NCBI GenBank assembly: GCA_963764715.1
Contig: CAVXTP010000011.1
Location: forward strand, 1-64,000
Direction of reading: 5' to 3'
DNA from: an uncultured Acidobacteriota bacterium
GTDB lineage: Bacteria; Acidobacteriota; Thermoanaerobaculia; UBA5066; Gp7-AA6
Length of the DNA stretch: 64,000 bases
The position numbers and the translations under genes are program-made. Below the pieces are notes generated by a model, which searched no databases, was not told the DNA's origin, and worked only from the letters and a program-made list of their open reading frames with translations. Positions 48,701-58,688 of the stretch are shown one piece after another (positions within the stretch are counted from its first letter, which is position 1; the number at the start of each line of letters is the position of its first letter).

Positions 48701-50884
48701 ATGAAACCGGGCCCCCGCCGTCTCCTCCGGATCCTCGCCGCGGTCGCGGCCGTCCTCGTCCTGCTCCTTCTGGCGCTGCCGTTTCTCGTGCCGCTCGACG
48801 CCGTCCGCGCGAAGGTCGTCGCCGCGGCCGAGTCCGCCCTCCACCGGAAGGTCGAGATCGGGAAGATGCGGCTCCAGATCTTCTCGGGCGTCGGCGCCGG
48901 CGTCGAGAAGGTCGCGGTGCGCAACACGGACGGCTGGGAGAGCCCGACGCTCCTCTCGGCCGACGCGGCTTCGATCAAGGTCGCCTTCTGGCCGCTCCTC
49001 TCGCGCCGCGTCGAGGTCCGGCGGATCGTGCTCGAGGGCGTGACCCTGACGATCGAGCGGTCGCCCTCGGGGGCCCTGAACGTCGACGACTTCCTTTCCG
49101 CGGGCTCGCGGGACAGCGCGCCCGCTTCGCAGACCGCGGCCGCGGCGCTCCTCGTTTCGCGGATCGACATCGCGCGGGGCCGGGCCGCCTTCGTCGACCG
49201 CAAGGTCGCGCCGGGCCGTACGGTCACGACCTCGCTCGACGACCTGACGGGACGGATCGTCGACGTGTCCCCGTCGATGCCCGCGCGCTTCGACCTTTCG
49301 GCGCGCTTCCTCGCCGACGCGGGACGCAATCTCTCGCTCCAGGGAACCCTCGGCCCGCTTCCGACGAGCGGTCCCGTCGGGCAGGCCCCGCTGAAGACCA
49401 CCTTCGCCGCGAAGGACCTCGCTCTCGGTCGGCTCGCGCCGTACGTCGCGGCCTTCGCCGCGTCGGATCCGGGGAAGTTCTCGATCAGCGGCACCGCGGA
49501 CGGCGCCCCGCTCGGCGCGCTCGCGATCGCGGGCAAGTTCGCGCTCGTTCCGGCCGCGCCGGCGTCCCGCATTCCGCCGGCCGACGGCACCTTCGCGATC
49601 GCGTTCGACTGGGAACGCGGCACGCTCGGGCTCTCGAACACCCTGATCTCGGCGGCGAACCTGCCGCTCCGGATCGAGGGGCGCGTCGAGGGCCTGCGCA
49701 AGGAGCCGCGCGTCGACCTGCGGATCGCGACACCCGGCGACGTTTCGATCGACAGCGTCACGGGGCTGCCGGGGATCGCCGGAACGCTTCCGGCCGGAGT
49801 CAAGCTCGCCGGGCGCCTCCGGCTCGAGGCGCAGGTCCGGGGGACGGCCGCCGATCTCGAGACGGAGGCCTCCGTCGACGCCGCGCCCTTCGCCGTCACC
49901 TCCGGCGGAAAGCCGCTCCTCGGGGCCGCCTCCGCACGGGCCACGCTCGCCTCGCGCGGGAAGGCGCCGATGTCGGGCCGGATCACGGTCCCCTCGGGCA
50001 GCGTGCGCAACGTCCCGTTCGAGAAGCTGGCCGCCGACTGGACCTGGAACGAGGGCGCGCTCACGCTCGTTCCTTCGGCGACCGTCTACGGCGGGACGCT
50101 CTCGGCGCGCATCGAGTCCGACTTCGCGCACCCGAACTCCGATTCGCACCTGTCCTTCGAGGTCCGTGGCGTCGAAGCAAAGCCGCTCGTGGAGTCGGCG
50201 ACTTCGCTTCGGGACGTCGTCTCGGGGCGGCTCGAAGGCAAGCTCGCGATCGCGAGCCGCGGTCTCGGGTGGGAGGCGATCTCGAAGACGGGCCGTGGGG
50301 ACGGGCGCATCGCGGTCGCGGACGCGGATCTGCGCACCGTGCAGCTGATGCCGGAGGTCGCCCGCTCGCTTTCGGCCGTCGGAAAGGTCGCCGGCTTCCA
50401 GGTTCCGGCGAGCCTCGAGTCCACGAAGTTCTCGACGCTCGAGACGTCGCTTCGGCTGGCGGACGGCCGCGTCGCGACGCCCGACCTGAAGCTCTCGGGC
50501 CGCGACGTCGCCGCGACGGCCGACGGCTCGATCGGCCTCGACCGGACGATCGCGTACCAGGGCCGCATCGTTCTCGGCCCGGCCGTCGTGAAGAGCCTCG
50601 GCGGCGCCGGCCGGTACCTCGCGGACTCCGAGGGGAAGCTCGCCCTTCCGTTTCGCGCCTCCGGCCCCGTCTCCTCGCCGAAGGTCACGATCGACGAGAG
50701 CATCGTCCTCGACCTCGGCCGCCGCGTGCTCGCCCGCCAGGCCGGGGAGAAGCTCGGCGGAACGGCCGGACAGGTGCTCGGAAACGTTCTCGACAGCGGC
50801 GACGGCAAGGCCGCGAATCCCGCGGACCTGCTCCAGCAGTTTCTCAAACCTCCGCCGGCCACGCCGACGCCTCGACCCAGATAA
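48701..50884 (+). CDS. AsmA family protein
   Basis: N-terminal TM anchor, WPLLSRRVEVRRIVLE, YGGTL, C-terminal LPFRASGPVSSPKV. Confidence 0.85.
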   Translation: MKPGPRRLLRILAAVAAVLVLLLLALPFLVPLDAVRAKVVAAAESALHRKVEIGKMRLQIFSGVGAGVEKVAVRNTDGWESPTLLSADAASIKVAFWPLLSRRVEVRRIVLEGVTLTIERSPSGALNVDDFLSAGSRDSAPASQTAAAALLVSRIDIARGRAAFVDRKVAPGRTVTTSLDDLTGRIVDVSPSMPARFDLSARFLADAGRNLSLQGTLGPLPTSGPVGQAPLKTTFAAKDLALGRLAPYVAAFAASDPGKFSISGTADGAPLGALAIAGKFALVPAAPASRIPPADGTFAIAFDWERGTLGLSNTLISAANLPLRIEGRVEGLRKEPRVDLRIATPGDVSIDSVTGLPGIAGTLPAGVKLAGRLRLEAQVRGTAADLETEASVDAAPFAVTSGGKPLLGAASARATLASRGKAPMSGRITVPSGSVRNVPFEKLAADWTWNEGALTLVPSATVYGGTLSARIESDFAHPNSDSHLSFEVRGVEAKPLVESATSLRDVVSGRLEGKLAIASRGLGWEAISKTGRGDGRIAVADADLRTVQLMPEVARSLSAVGKVAGFQVPASLESTKFSTLETSLRLADGRVATPDLKLSGRDVAATADGSIGLDRTIAYQGRIVLGPAVVKSLGGAGRYLADSEGKLALPFRASGPVSSPKVTIDESIVLDLGRRVLARQAGEKLGGTAGQVLGNVLDSGDGKAANPADLLQQFLKPPPATPTPRPR

Positions 50885-50895
50885 GGAGGATTCCC

Positions 50896-51606
50896 ATGCG
50901 CACGCGTCTCGTCCTCGCCCTCGTTCTTCTTTCCTCCGCGTCGGTCTCCTACGCCCAGATCGACCTGGGAAAGATCTTCAAGTCCGACTCGAAGTCGAAT
51001 CTCTCCAACGGCGACATCGTCGCGGGCCTGAAGGAGGCGCTCGAGGTCGGCACGACCAACACGGTCGACCTGACCGGAAAGGTCGACGGCTACTTCGCCA
51101 ATGCCGCGATCAAGATCCTCCTGCCCTCGCAGCTCCAGAGCGTCGAGCAGGGCCTGCGGATGATCGGCCAGGGCCAGAAGGTCGACGAGCTCGTCCTCGG
51201 GATGAACCGCGCGGCGGAGAAGGCGGCGCCCGCGGCGAAGGACATCTTCTGGGGCGCCATCAAGGGGATGTCGTTCGACGACGCGCGCCAGATCCTCGCG
51301 GGAGGGGACACGGCCGCGACGGAGTACTTCCGCGCGAAGACGAGCGACACGCTCACGGCGGCGTTCCGTCCGGTCGTCGACGACACGATGAAGCAGGTCG
51401 GCGTCGTTCAGCAGTACGATCAGCTCGTCGGCGCGTACAAGTCGGTTCCGTTCGCGTCGAGCCTTCCGGCCGTCGACATCCAGGCCTACGTCGTCGGCAA
51501 GGCCCTCGACGGCCTCTTCCTGGTGCTCGGCGAACAGGAGAAGAAGATCCGGACGAACCCGTCCGCGCAGGTCACCGACCTGCTCAAAAAGGTCTTCGGA
51601 AAGTAG
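50896..51606 (+). CDS. DUF4197 domain protein
   Basis: GLKEAL, MNRAAEKA, ATEYFR, KALDGLF...EQEKKIRTNP. Confidence 0.92.
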   Translation: MRTRLVLALVLLSSASVSYAQIDLGKIFKSDSKSNLSNGDIVAGLKEALEVGTTNTVDLTGKVDGYFANAAIKILLPSQLQSVEQGLRMIGQGQKVDELVLGMNRAAEKAAPAAKDIFWGAIKGMSFDDARQILAGGDTAATEYFRAKTSDTLTAAFRPVVDDTMKQVGVVQQYDQLVGAYKSVPFASSLPAVDIQAYVVGKALDGLFLVLGEQEKKIRTNPSAQVTDLLKKVFGK

Positions 51607-51686
51607 GGGCGGCGTCACCGCCGCGCTGCGCAGGGCGTTCCCTCATTGCCGGGGGTTTGCCTTCGTTGGCCGGGTCGCGGCCGCCC
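51603..51686 (+). repeat. Long GTAG/GTCG-REP-like palindromic element
   Basis: Homologous to 56409-56490 (minus) and shares gccggggg(t/c)ttgccttcg(t/g)tgg(c/t)cgg with 8831-8856. Confidence 0.75.
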
Positions 51687-51702
51687 GGTTTTCGGGCGGG
51701 TT

Positions 51703-53328
51703 CTACGCCGACCCCGCCGTTTCCGCCGGTGTCGCGGGCGCGGGGAGCGCCGGCGCGGTCGCGCCGCCGACCTCCTTGCGCCAGGCCTCGAGGCCGCCCT
51801 TCAACGCCCAGGCCTGGAAGCCCATGCTCCGCAGCTTCTCCGCGACCCGGACGCTCGTGGCGTCGTTCGGGCAGGTGCAGTAGGCGACGATCGGCTGCTC
51901 GCGCGGGCGCCGGACGGCCCAGGCCTCGACCTCGTCCGGCGGCACGCGCACGTCCCCCGGAATTCCGGCCGGGTCCTTCTCGTAGCTCGAACGCGACCGG
52001 ACGTCGAGAATCAGGGGAAGCTCGTCGGTCGCCCTCCAGGGCAGCAGGTCCCGGGGCTCGATCGTCGGCGTCCCAACGGCGACGACCTTTCCGGAACGCA
52101 GCAGGTCCGCGGCGCTGCTCACCCGCTCCTCGGCGAGCGTCTCGCGGGCCACGCGTGCGGCGTACCGCCCCGCCAGCGGAGTGGCCGAAATGCCGTGCAG
52201 GACGACCGAGACGGTCACGACGACGCCGACGATCGCGAGGATCGTCTGGGCGCCGGGCAGCTTCGCCTGCACGACGAGCAGCGCGAGGAGCAGCGACGCC
52301 AGCCCGCGCGGACCGAACCAGGCGATGAAGGCGCGGGCGCTGCCGGAGACCGAGGCGTTGCGGAGCACGATCGCGACCGCCGCCGGCCGCGCGACGAAGA
52401 GCGTGACCGCCGCGAGCGCGAGGGTCGCGGGCAGCGGCACCGTGCCGACGAGCGTGGAGAGCACGGCGCCGAAGAGGATGAAGGCGAAGAGCATGATCAT
52501 CTCGGACGTCGCGTCGCCGTACTCGAGGAAGCAGTCGCAGAGCCGCAGGTCGAGCGCGGCAATGGCGGCTCCGGCCGCGAAGGCGGCGAGGAACCCGTCG
52601 CCCCCGACGGCGACGGCCGCCGTGTACGTCGCGAAGACGAGGCCCAGGCCGTAGAGCGACTGGTACTCCCGCCGGATGCCGAACCGCCGGTCCATCCGGG
52701 ACATGATCCAGGCCCCCGCGGCGCCGATCCCGAAACCGAGGGCGGGGCCGAGCACCAGGAGCTTCCCGAGGACCATCGCCCACTCCCCGGCGCTCGAGGC
52801 CTCGGCCCGGACGACGGCGATCGTGATGAGAACGATCGGCAGCACGACGATGTCGTTCGTCGCCGCCTCGGTCGTCAGCGACTGGCGCACGGCGCCCGGG
52901 ATCCGCTTGTCGCGGACGACGTCCCGGACCACGACCGGGTCGGTCGAGGAGAGGATCGCGCCGACGAGGATCGAGGACGCGAGGCCGAGGCCGAGGAGGA
53001 AGTGCGCGCCGGCGGCGACGAGAACGAGCGTCAGCAGCGTGCCCGGCCCGAGCACCAGCGAGGGGACGAGCCACTCCCGGGACGACCGGTCGAACTTCAT
53101 CCTCACCGCGTCGAGAAAGAGGACGAGCGCCAGGGTGACGGTCGCCACCGCCTCGAGCGTGCGGGAGTCGGGCTCGGTCGAGATGACGCCCCGGCTCCCG
53201 AGCAGGAACCCGAGGCCCAGGAAGATCATCGGGAACGACAGGGGCGCCCGCGAGACGAACCCCTCGGAGAGTCCGGCGAAGATGAGCACGAACGCCGCAA
53301 GCCCCAGGATCGTCAGCAGATCGGGCAC
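51703..53328 (-). CDS. CPA1 (NhaP-like) cation:proton antiporter with C-terminal rhodanese-like domain
   Basis: LSSTDPVV, EAATND, WFGPRGLAS, LHGISA; then ILDVRS, IVAYCTCPND, LKGGLEAW. Confidence 0.9.
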   Translation of the reverse strand: MPDLLTILGLAAFVLIFAGLSEGFVSRAPLSFPMIFLGLGFLLGSRGVISTEPDSRTLEAVATVTLALVLFLDAVRMKFDRSSREWLVPSLVLGPGTLLTLVLVAAGAHFLLGLGLASSILVGAILSSTDPVVVRDVVRDKRIPGAVRQSLTTEAATNDIVVLPIVLITIAVVRAEASSAGEWAMVLGKLLVLGPALGFGIGAAGAWIMSRMDRRFGIRREYQSLYGLGLVFATYTAAVAVGGDGFLAAFAAGAAIAALDLRLCDCFLEYGDATSEMIMLFAFILFGAVLSTLVGTVPLPATLALAAVTLFVARPAAVAIVLRNASVSGSARAFIAWFGPRGLASLLLALLVVQAKLPGAQTILAIVGVVVTVSVVLHGISATPLAGRYAARVARETLAEERVSSAADLLRSGKVVAVGTPTIEPRDLLPWRATDELPLILDVRSRSSYEKDPAGIPGDVRVPPDEVEAWAVRRPREQPIVAYCTCPNDATSVRVAEKLRSMGFQAWALKGGLEAWRKEVGGATAPALPAPATPAETAGSA

Positions 53329-53429
53329 GGCCCCGGATTCTATGGCGGCGGTCCGCGCAAACCCGGGAGGCCGCTTTACGTATCCACTCGCAACGGCCGG
53401 GCGGAGCCCTGTCGAATCAGGAGGAAGCC

Positions 53430-55475
53430 TTGAAATCCGCTCGCTGGACTCTCGGAATCGCGGCCGTCTCGCTCGCCGGCGCCCTGGGCGCCTCTCCGGC
53501 CGGGGACGATCTGCCCCCGCCCGCCCGGTCGCTCGCCGTCGCCGACATGGACCCGAAGGCCGAGGCCTGCACCGACTTCTACCAGTATGCCGTCGGGGGA
53601 TGGCTCGAGAAGAACCCGATCCCCTCGGACCGTCCGCGGTGGGGCACGTTCGACGAGCTCCGGCAGCGCAACCTCGACAGCCTCCGGAAGATCCTCGAGG
53701 GGCTCGCGGCGGACAAGTCCTCGCCGGCCGGATCCGACGAGCGGAAGCTCGGAGACTTCTACGGCGCCTGCATGGACGAGGCCGCGATCGAGGCCTCGGG
53801 CATCCGCCCGATCGAGCCGGAGCTCGCCCGGATCGCCGCGATCAAGAACCTCCCGGCGCTGCGCGAGGAGATCGCCCGGCTCCAGACGATCGGCGTGAAC
53901 GTCCTCTTCCAGTTCGGATCCGAGGAGGACCGCAAGGACTCCTCGAAGGTCATCGCCGCGGCCCTGCAGGGCGGGCTCGGGATGCCGGACCGGGACTACT
54001 ACACGAAGACCGACGCCAAGTCGGAGGAGCTGCGTGCGAAGTACGTCGCGCACGTGCAGAAGATGCTGACGCTCGGCGGCGCCCCGGCCGACGCCGCGGC
54101 CGCCGACGCGAAGTCGATCATGGTGCTCGAGACGAAGCTCGCCGAGGCGTCGCAGACCAGGGTCGACCTGCGGAACCCCGACAAGACCTACCACCCGATG
54201 ACCGTCGCGGCCTTCGCGAAGGAGTCGCCGAACTACGCCTGGCCCGCCTACTTCTCGGAGCAGAAGCTGCCGTCCGGCACGGAGGTCAACGTCTGGCAGC
54301 CGTCCTTCTTCCAGGCCACGGACAAGCTCCTGACCTCGGTTCCGCTCCCGACCTGGAAGACGTATCTCCGCTGGCAGCTGCTTGCGGCGGCGGCCCCGAC
54401 GCTGACGAAGGCGTTCGTGGACGAGGATTTCGCCTTCAACGGCAAGACCCTCGCGGGAACGCCCGAGATCCAGCCGCGCTGGAAGCGCTGCGTCGCGGCG
54501 ACCGACAACGCGATGGGGATGGCCCTCGGCCGCGTCTACGTCAAGGAGTACTTCCCGCCGGCAGCGAAGAAGCGTGCCGACGAGCTCGTCAAGAACCTCC
54601 TCGCCGCCCTGAACGACGACCTGAAGACGCTGACCTGGATGGGCGAGTCGACGAAGAAGGCGGCGGCGGCGAAGGTCGCGGCCTTCCTGCCGCGCATCGG
54701 ATACCCCAACCAGTGGCGCGACTACTCGAGCCTCTCGATCTCGCGCGCGTCCTACGCCGCCAACGTCGAGGCCGCGACGCGGTTCGAGTGGAAGCGGGAC
54801 CTCGCCAAGATCGGCAAGCCCACCGACGTCAACGACTGGGGAATGACTCCGGCGACCGTGAACGCGTCGTACAACCCGGCGAAGAACGCGCTCACGTTCC
54901 CGGCCGGCATCCTTCAGCCCCCGTTCTTCTACCCGGAGGGCGACGACGCCATCAACTACGGCTCGATCGGCGGAGTGATCGGCCACGAGATCACGCACGG
55001 CTTCGACAACTCGGGCCGCAAGTTCGACGCGAAGGGCAACCAGGTCGACTGGTGGACCGAGGCCGACGCGAAGGCCTTCGAGGAGCGCGCGAAGTGCATC
55101 ATCCAGCAGTTCGACGGCTACTACGTCGAGCCGGACCTCCACCAGAACGGCGAGCTCGTGCAGGGCGAGTCGATCGCGGACCTGGGCGGTCTGACGATCG
55201 CGCACCGCGCGTTCCGGATGAGCCTCCAGGGCAAGCCCGAGCCGGCCCCGATCGACGGGTTCACGGCCGACCAGCGCTTCTTCCTGGCGTGGGCGCGCAT
55301 CTGGGCCTCGAACAACCGCCCCGAGTTCGCGCGGCTTCTCGTCCAGACCAACGAGCACCCGCTCGGCAAGTACCGCGCGGTCGGGACCATCGTCAACATG
55401 ACGGAGTTCGCGAAGGCGTTCTCCTGCTCGGCCGGCGCGCCGATGGTGAAAGAGGCCGCCTGTCAAATCTGGTAG
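53430..55475 (+). CDS. M13 family metallopeptidase (paralog of 31974..34103)
   Basis: TTG after AGGAGG; NASY, FPAGILQPP, HEITH, GESIAD. Confidence 0.93.
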   Translation: MKSARWTLGIAAVSLAGALGASPAGDDLPPPARSLAVADMDPKAEACTDFYQYAVGGWLEKNPIPSDRPRWGTFDELRQRNLDSLRKILEGLAADKSSPAGSDERKLGDFYGACMDEAAIEASGIRPIEPELARIAAIKNLPALREEIARLQTIGVNVLFQFGSEEDRKDSSKVIAAALQGGLGMPDRDYYTKTDAKSEELRAKYVAHVQKMLTLGGAPADAAAADAKSIMVLETKLAEASQTRVDLRNPDKTYHPMTVAAFAKESPNYAWPAYFSEQKLPSGTEVNVWQPSFFQATDKLLTSVPLPTWKTYLRWQLLAAAAPTLTKAFVDEDFAFNGKTLAGTPEIQPRWKRCVAATDNAMGMALGRVYVKEYFPPAAKKRADELVKNLLAALNDDLKTLTWMGESTKKAAAAKVAAFLPRIGYPNQWRDYSSLSISRASYAANVEAATRFEWKRDLAKIGKPTDVNDWGMTPATVNASYNPAKNALTFPAGILQPPFFYPEGDDAINYGSIGGVIGHEITHGFDNSGRKFDAKGNQVDWWTEADAKAFEERAKCIIQQFDGYYVEPDLHQNGELVQGESIADLGGLTIAHRAFRMSLQGKPEPAPIDGFTADQRFFLAWARIWASNNRPEFARLLVQTNEHPLGKYRAVGTIVNMTEFAKAFSCSAGAPMVKEAACQIW

Positions 55476-55549
55476 CCCGGCGGGGGAGCCGGGCGATTCG
55501 CCAAACTGCGACCCCGAGATAGCTCCCGCGACGGCTCTAGAATCTCCTC

Positions 55550-56335
55550 GTGGCTCGCCTTCCCGCCCTGTTCGTCTCGCACGGCTCGCCGATGATCGCG
55601 CTCGAGGACGACCCGTGGGGGCGGGCGCTCCGGGCCTTCGCGGCGAAGCTTCCCAGGCCGCGCGCCGTCGTCGTCGTGTCCGGTCACTTCGAGGCGCCGG
55701 GCCCAGTCCGCGTGACGGCGTCGCCGGCGCCCGAGACGATCCATGATTTCGGCGGGTTCCCCGCGGAGCTCTACGAGATCCGGTATCCGGCCCGGGGCGA
55801 CCCGGGACTGGCGGCACTGACGGTTCGGCTGCTCGACGAATCCGGTTTTCAGGCCAAGCTCGATTCCGAGCGCGGGCTGGACCACGGCGCGTGGGTGCCG
55901 CTGCGCTCCCTCTATCCGGATGCGGACGTGCCCGTCGTCGAGATCTCGCAGCCGCTCCGCCGCCAGCCCGAGGACGCTCTCCGGATGGGCGCGGCCCTCT
56001 CGCGCCTGCGCGACCAGGGCGTGCTGCTGCTCGGCACGGGCGGCATCGTTCACAACCTGCGCGAGGTCGACTTCGAGGACCGCGCGGACCGCGTCGCGGG
56101 CTGGGCGCGCGAGTTCGACGCGTGGGTCGCCGAACGCCTCGAGGCCATGGATTCGGCCGGGATCGCGTCCTACCGCACGGCCGCGCCGCACGCCGAGCGC
56201 GCGGTCCCCACGCCCGAGCACTTCGATCCGATCTTCGTCGTGCTCGGCTCGTCGATCGCCGGCGAGCGCGTGACGACGATCCACGAGGGCTTCCGCTACG
56301 GGACGCTCTCGATGCGGAGCTTCGCGGTCGGGTAG
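55550..56335 (+). CDS. 4,5-DOPA dioxygenase extradiol (LigB/YgiD-like)
   Basis: FVSHGSP, SGH, IHDFGGFP, GLDHGAWVPL, VHNL, PTPEHF. Confidence 0.92.
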   Translation: MARLPALFVSHGSPMIALEDDPWGRALRAFAAKLPRPRAVVVVSGHFEAPGPVRVTASPAPETIHDFGGFPAELYEIRYPARGDPGLAALTVRLLDESGFQAKLDSERGLDHGAWVPLRSLYPDADVPVVEISQPLRRQPEDALRMGAALSRLRDQGVLLLGTGGIVHNLREVDFEDRADRVAGWAREFDAWVAERLEAMDSAGIASYRTAAPHAERAVPTPEHFDPIFVVLGSSIAGERVTTIHEGFRYGTLSMRSFAVG

Positions 56336-56360
56336 CGCATCGTCGATCCGGGTTCCGGCC

Positions 56361-56490
56361 GTAGGGGCGGGGCTCGTCCCCGCCCTTTGAGAGCGCGATG
56401 CGCAGGAAGGGCGGCCGCCACCCGGCCAACGAAGGCAAACCCCCGGAGTAGGGAACGCCGTGCGCCGCACGGCGGTAACGCCGCCCCGAC
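56361..56490. repeat. REP doublet: GTAG REP (56361-56387) facing an inverted long REP-like element (56409-56490)
   Basis: GTAGGGGCGGGGCTCGTCCCCGCCCTT on plus; GTCGGGGCGGCG...GCCGCCC on minus; between convergent genes. Confidence 0.8.
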
Positions 56491-56530
56491 GACCTTGAAC
56501 GCTCGGGCTCGGCGGAGCGAGACCGCGCGC

Positions 56531-56752
56531 CTAGGCTTTTTTCGAAGGCATCAGCGTCAGCACCAGGCCCAGGACGCCGAGGCCCGCCGCCACCCAGCGG
56601 GCGGTTTCCCAGCCTTCCTTCTTCGAGCGCTCGCTCGACGAGAAAACCTGCTTGATGCCGCCTTCGACCGAGTCGTAGCCGGCGCGCTGGCTCGAGGCCA
56701 GCACGAACCCCACGAGACCCAGGACGAGCAGAGCGATGCCTATGCGTTTCAT
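56531..56752 (-). CDS. Small two-TM membrane protein
   Basis: ATG 56752 after GAGGT; two hydrophobic segments. Confidence 0.7.
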   Translation of the reverse strand: MKRIGIALLVLGLVGFVLASSQRAGYDSVEGGIKQVFSSSERSKKEGWETARWVAAGLGVLGLVLTLMPSKKA

Positions 56753-56858
56753 GGGGACCTCACTGAGCAAGGACGATACCAACTCCGGTCCGGATCTCCG
56801 CCGGTCCCCGCGAAAGAAGGACCCCCTCTCCCCGGATTCGGGGAGAGAGGGCTCGCCG

Positions 56859-58043
56859 TCACAGCGAGTTGAGGAAGGCGTACAGGAGCGTCTTCTGCCA
56901 GCCCGGCAGCGCGGCGAAGCGGTCGCGCGCCTTCTTGCCCTGGCCGTCGTGCGCCAGGATGGCCTGCGCGTAGGTCGTCGCCCGGCCGTCGTGGAGGAAG
57001 CGCGTGACCTTGCGCAGGCCCCAGAGCGGCGCGGTGCGCATGAGCCTGCCCGTGGCGTTGTTCTGCGTGATCCCGTCGCCGAGCGCGCCCATGTCGTGAA
57101 GCAGGAAGTCCGACCAGGGGTGGTAGAGGACCTTGTTCAGCGCCGGGACCGGGTTCGCTCCCGTCCGGATGACCGAGCGGTGGCAGCCGACGCAGCCGAC
57201 GCCCCGGAAGACGAGCTCGCCCGCGGCGGCGGATGCCGTGACCGGGCCGCGCGGCGGGGGGGCGAGAAACGTCATGAAGTCCGCGAATGCGGCGACGCCG
57301 CTGCCGTCGTCGTTGAGCCCGGGCGCCGGGTTGCAGGACAGCGAGTCGCAGTCGCCGCCGGGGCAGTTCTCGTCCGGGAACTGCGGGCTCGTCACGCCCA
57401 TTTCGTTGACGTAAGCGTCTCCCGAGAACTGGAACAGGGTGGGGTTCTGGGCCTTCCAGCCGAACTTGCCGACCGCGTTCTTTCCGGTCGAGATGTCGGG
57501 CACGACCGAGACCTTCCCCGCGATCCCGTCCGGGTTCAGGAGCTCCTCGGCCCGGATCGCGTAGAAGGTCAGGTCGGGCGTGGCGTCGACGAGCCCGAGG
57601 CCGAAGAGCGGCGTGGTGCGCCGGTCGGCGAAGATCGTAGCGCCGGCGGGGACGAGCTCCGCCAGGTACTCGCAGTCGCCCGAGACGCCGATGCCGTTCT
57701 TCTGGATGAGCGAGCCGCCGAGCTCCGGCATTCCGTCGAAGCGCCCGTCGGGGCCGATGCGGCCGAAGCGCGTCTCGAGGATCTCGCTGCCGCCGCCGGC
57801 GGCGGGCGCGAGATGACACGTTCCGCAGGAGACGTCGTTGAACGCGGGGCCGAGGCCCTGCTCCGGGGTTTCCACCTCGTTGAATTCGTCGAGGCCGGCG
57901 TCGAAGCGCTCGAGCTCGTCGCTCGAGAGCCCCGCGAGGGGCTGGCCGAAGTCGGGAGGCGGCGCGAGCGCGGGAGTCAGGGCGAGCGAACCTCCGATGA
58001 CGAGAGAGGCGAGACCCGTCCGAAACGAAACTTTCGAGCCCAT
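56859..58043 (-). CDS. Di-heme oxidoreductase (DHOR) family protein
   Basis: GLGPAFN, CGTCH and CVGCH heme motifs, GKFGWKA, SDFLLHDMG, RTAPLWGL, LHDGRA. Confidence 0.92.
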   Translation of the reverse strand: MGSKVSFRTGLASLVIGGSLALTPALAPPPDFGQPLAGLSSDELERFDAGLDEFNEVETPEQGLGPAFNDVSCGTCHLAPAAGGGSEILETRFGRIGPDGRFDGMPELGGSLIQKNGIGVSGDCEYLAELVPAGATIFADRRTTPLFGLGLVDATPDLTFYAIRAEELLNPDGIAGKVSVVPDISTGKNAVGKFGWKAQNPTLFQFSGDAYVNEMGVTSPQFPDENCPGGDCDSLSCNPAPGLNDDGSGVAAFADFMTFLAPPPRGPVTASAAAGELVFRGVGCVGCHRSVIRTGANPVPALNKVLYHPWSDFLLHDMGALGDGITQNNATGRLMRTAPLWGLRKVTRFLHDGRATTYAQAILAHDGQGKKARDRFAALPGWQKTLLYAFLNSL

Positions 58044-58306
58044 GGGCTCTCCTTTCGTTCGGCTCTCGGATTGGGCGGGCTGACCTCAGCCCGGAATACG
58101 GGAGTCTTGCAGCGAGACTAGGAGCGGCGGCACGGTCTCCACAATTGGCCGCGGGTTCAAAGAAGGGCCAGTACTGGATGCGGGCGGAGGGGTGTTCCGA
58201 GGGGCGGGGGAGGGTCAGGCGAGGTCAGTGCCGCCGGACCGGCCCCCGGGGCAGCACCGGGAGAGGACATCATCTGTCCGACCCCCGGCCGCACTCTGGA
58301 GTCGAG

Positions 58307-58630
58307 ATGGAACGGGACGCCGAGACTGGCCGACTCCTCGCGCCGCCCAACTGGTGCCGGCAGCGCTGGTGCCGTGAGGACGCGGGCGCCGAGCACCGGC
58401 CGGGCGACGGCTGCACGTGCGACCCGCACGGCCGCGCGGCGGGGCTCGAGGACGAGCCGCGCCTGACCATTCTCAAGGCGCATGCCTCGCGCCTTCCGGC
58501 TTTCGCGTGCCGCGCCTGCGGCCGCGCGTCGAAGCGGATGGTCGAGTACCCCGCCCTCTATTTCCGCTGCGAGCCCTGCGCCGCGGAAGACCGGTGGCCG
58601 GGCTCCGGCGGCCGAGCCGCGCGCGGCTGA
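58307..58630 (+). CDS. Small Cys-rich hypothetical protein (putative zinc binding)
   Basis: CRQRWC, CTCDPH, CRAC, CEPC in 107 aa. Confidence 0.5.
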   Translation: MERDAETGRLLAPPNWCRQRWCREDAGAEHRPGDGCTCDPHGRAAGLEDEPRLTILKAHASRLPAFACRACGRASKRMVEYPALYFRCEPCAAEDRWPGSGGRAARG

Positions 58631-58688
58631 CTCGCGTTCGATAGGCTTTCGGAGTCCGCCGGTGACCCGGGCGGGGAAGGAGCAGCCG

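Noticed and set aside
56739-56752. Identical first 14 nt (ATGAAACGCATAGG, MKRIGI) in the small membrane gene and the ATP-grasp gene at 28664
   Set aside because: Similarity ends immediately; most likely coincidence from A-rich 5' codon bias.
56825-56851. Hairpin ccctctccccg/cggggagagaggg as an ncRNA
   Set aside because: Short hairpin directly after a stop codon; better explained as a terminator or generic palindrome.
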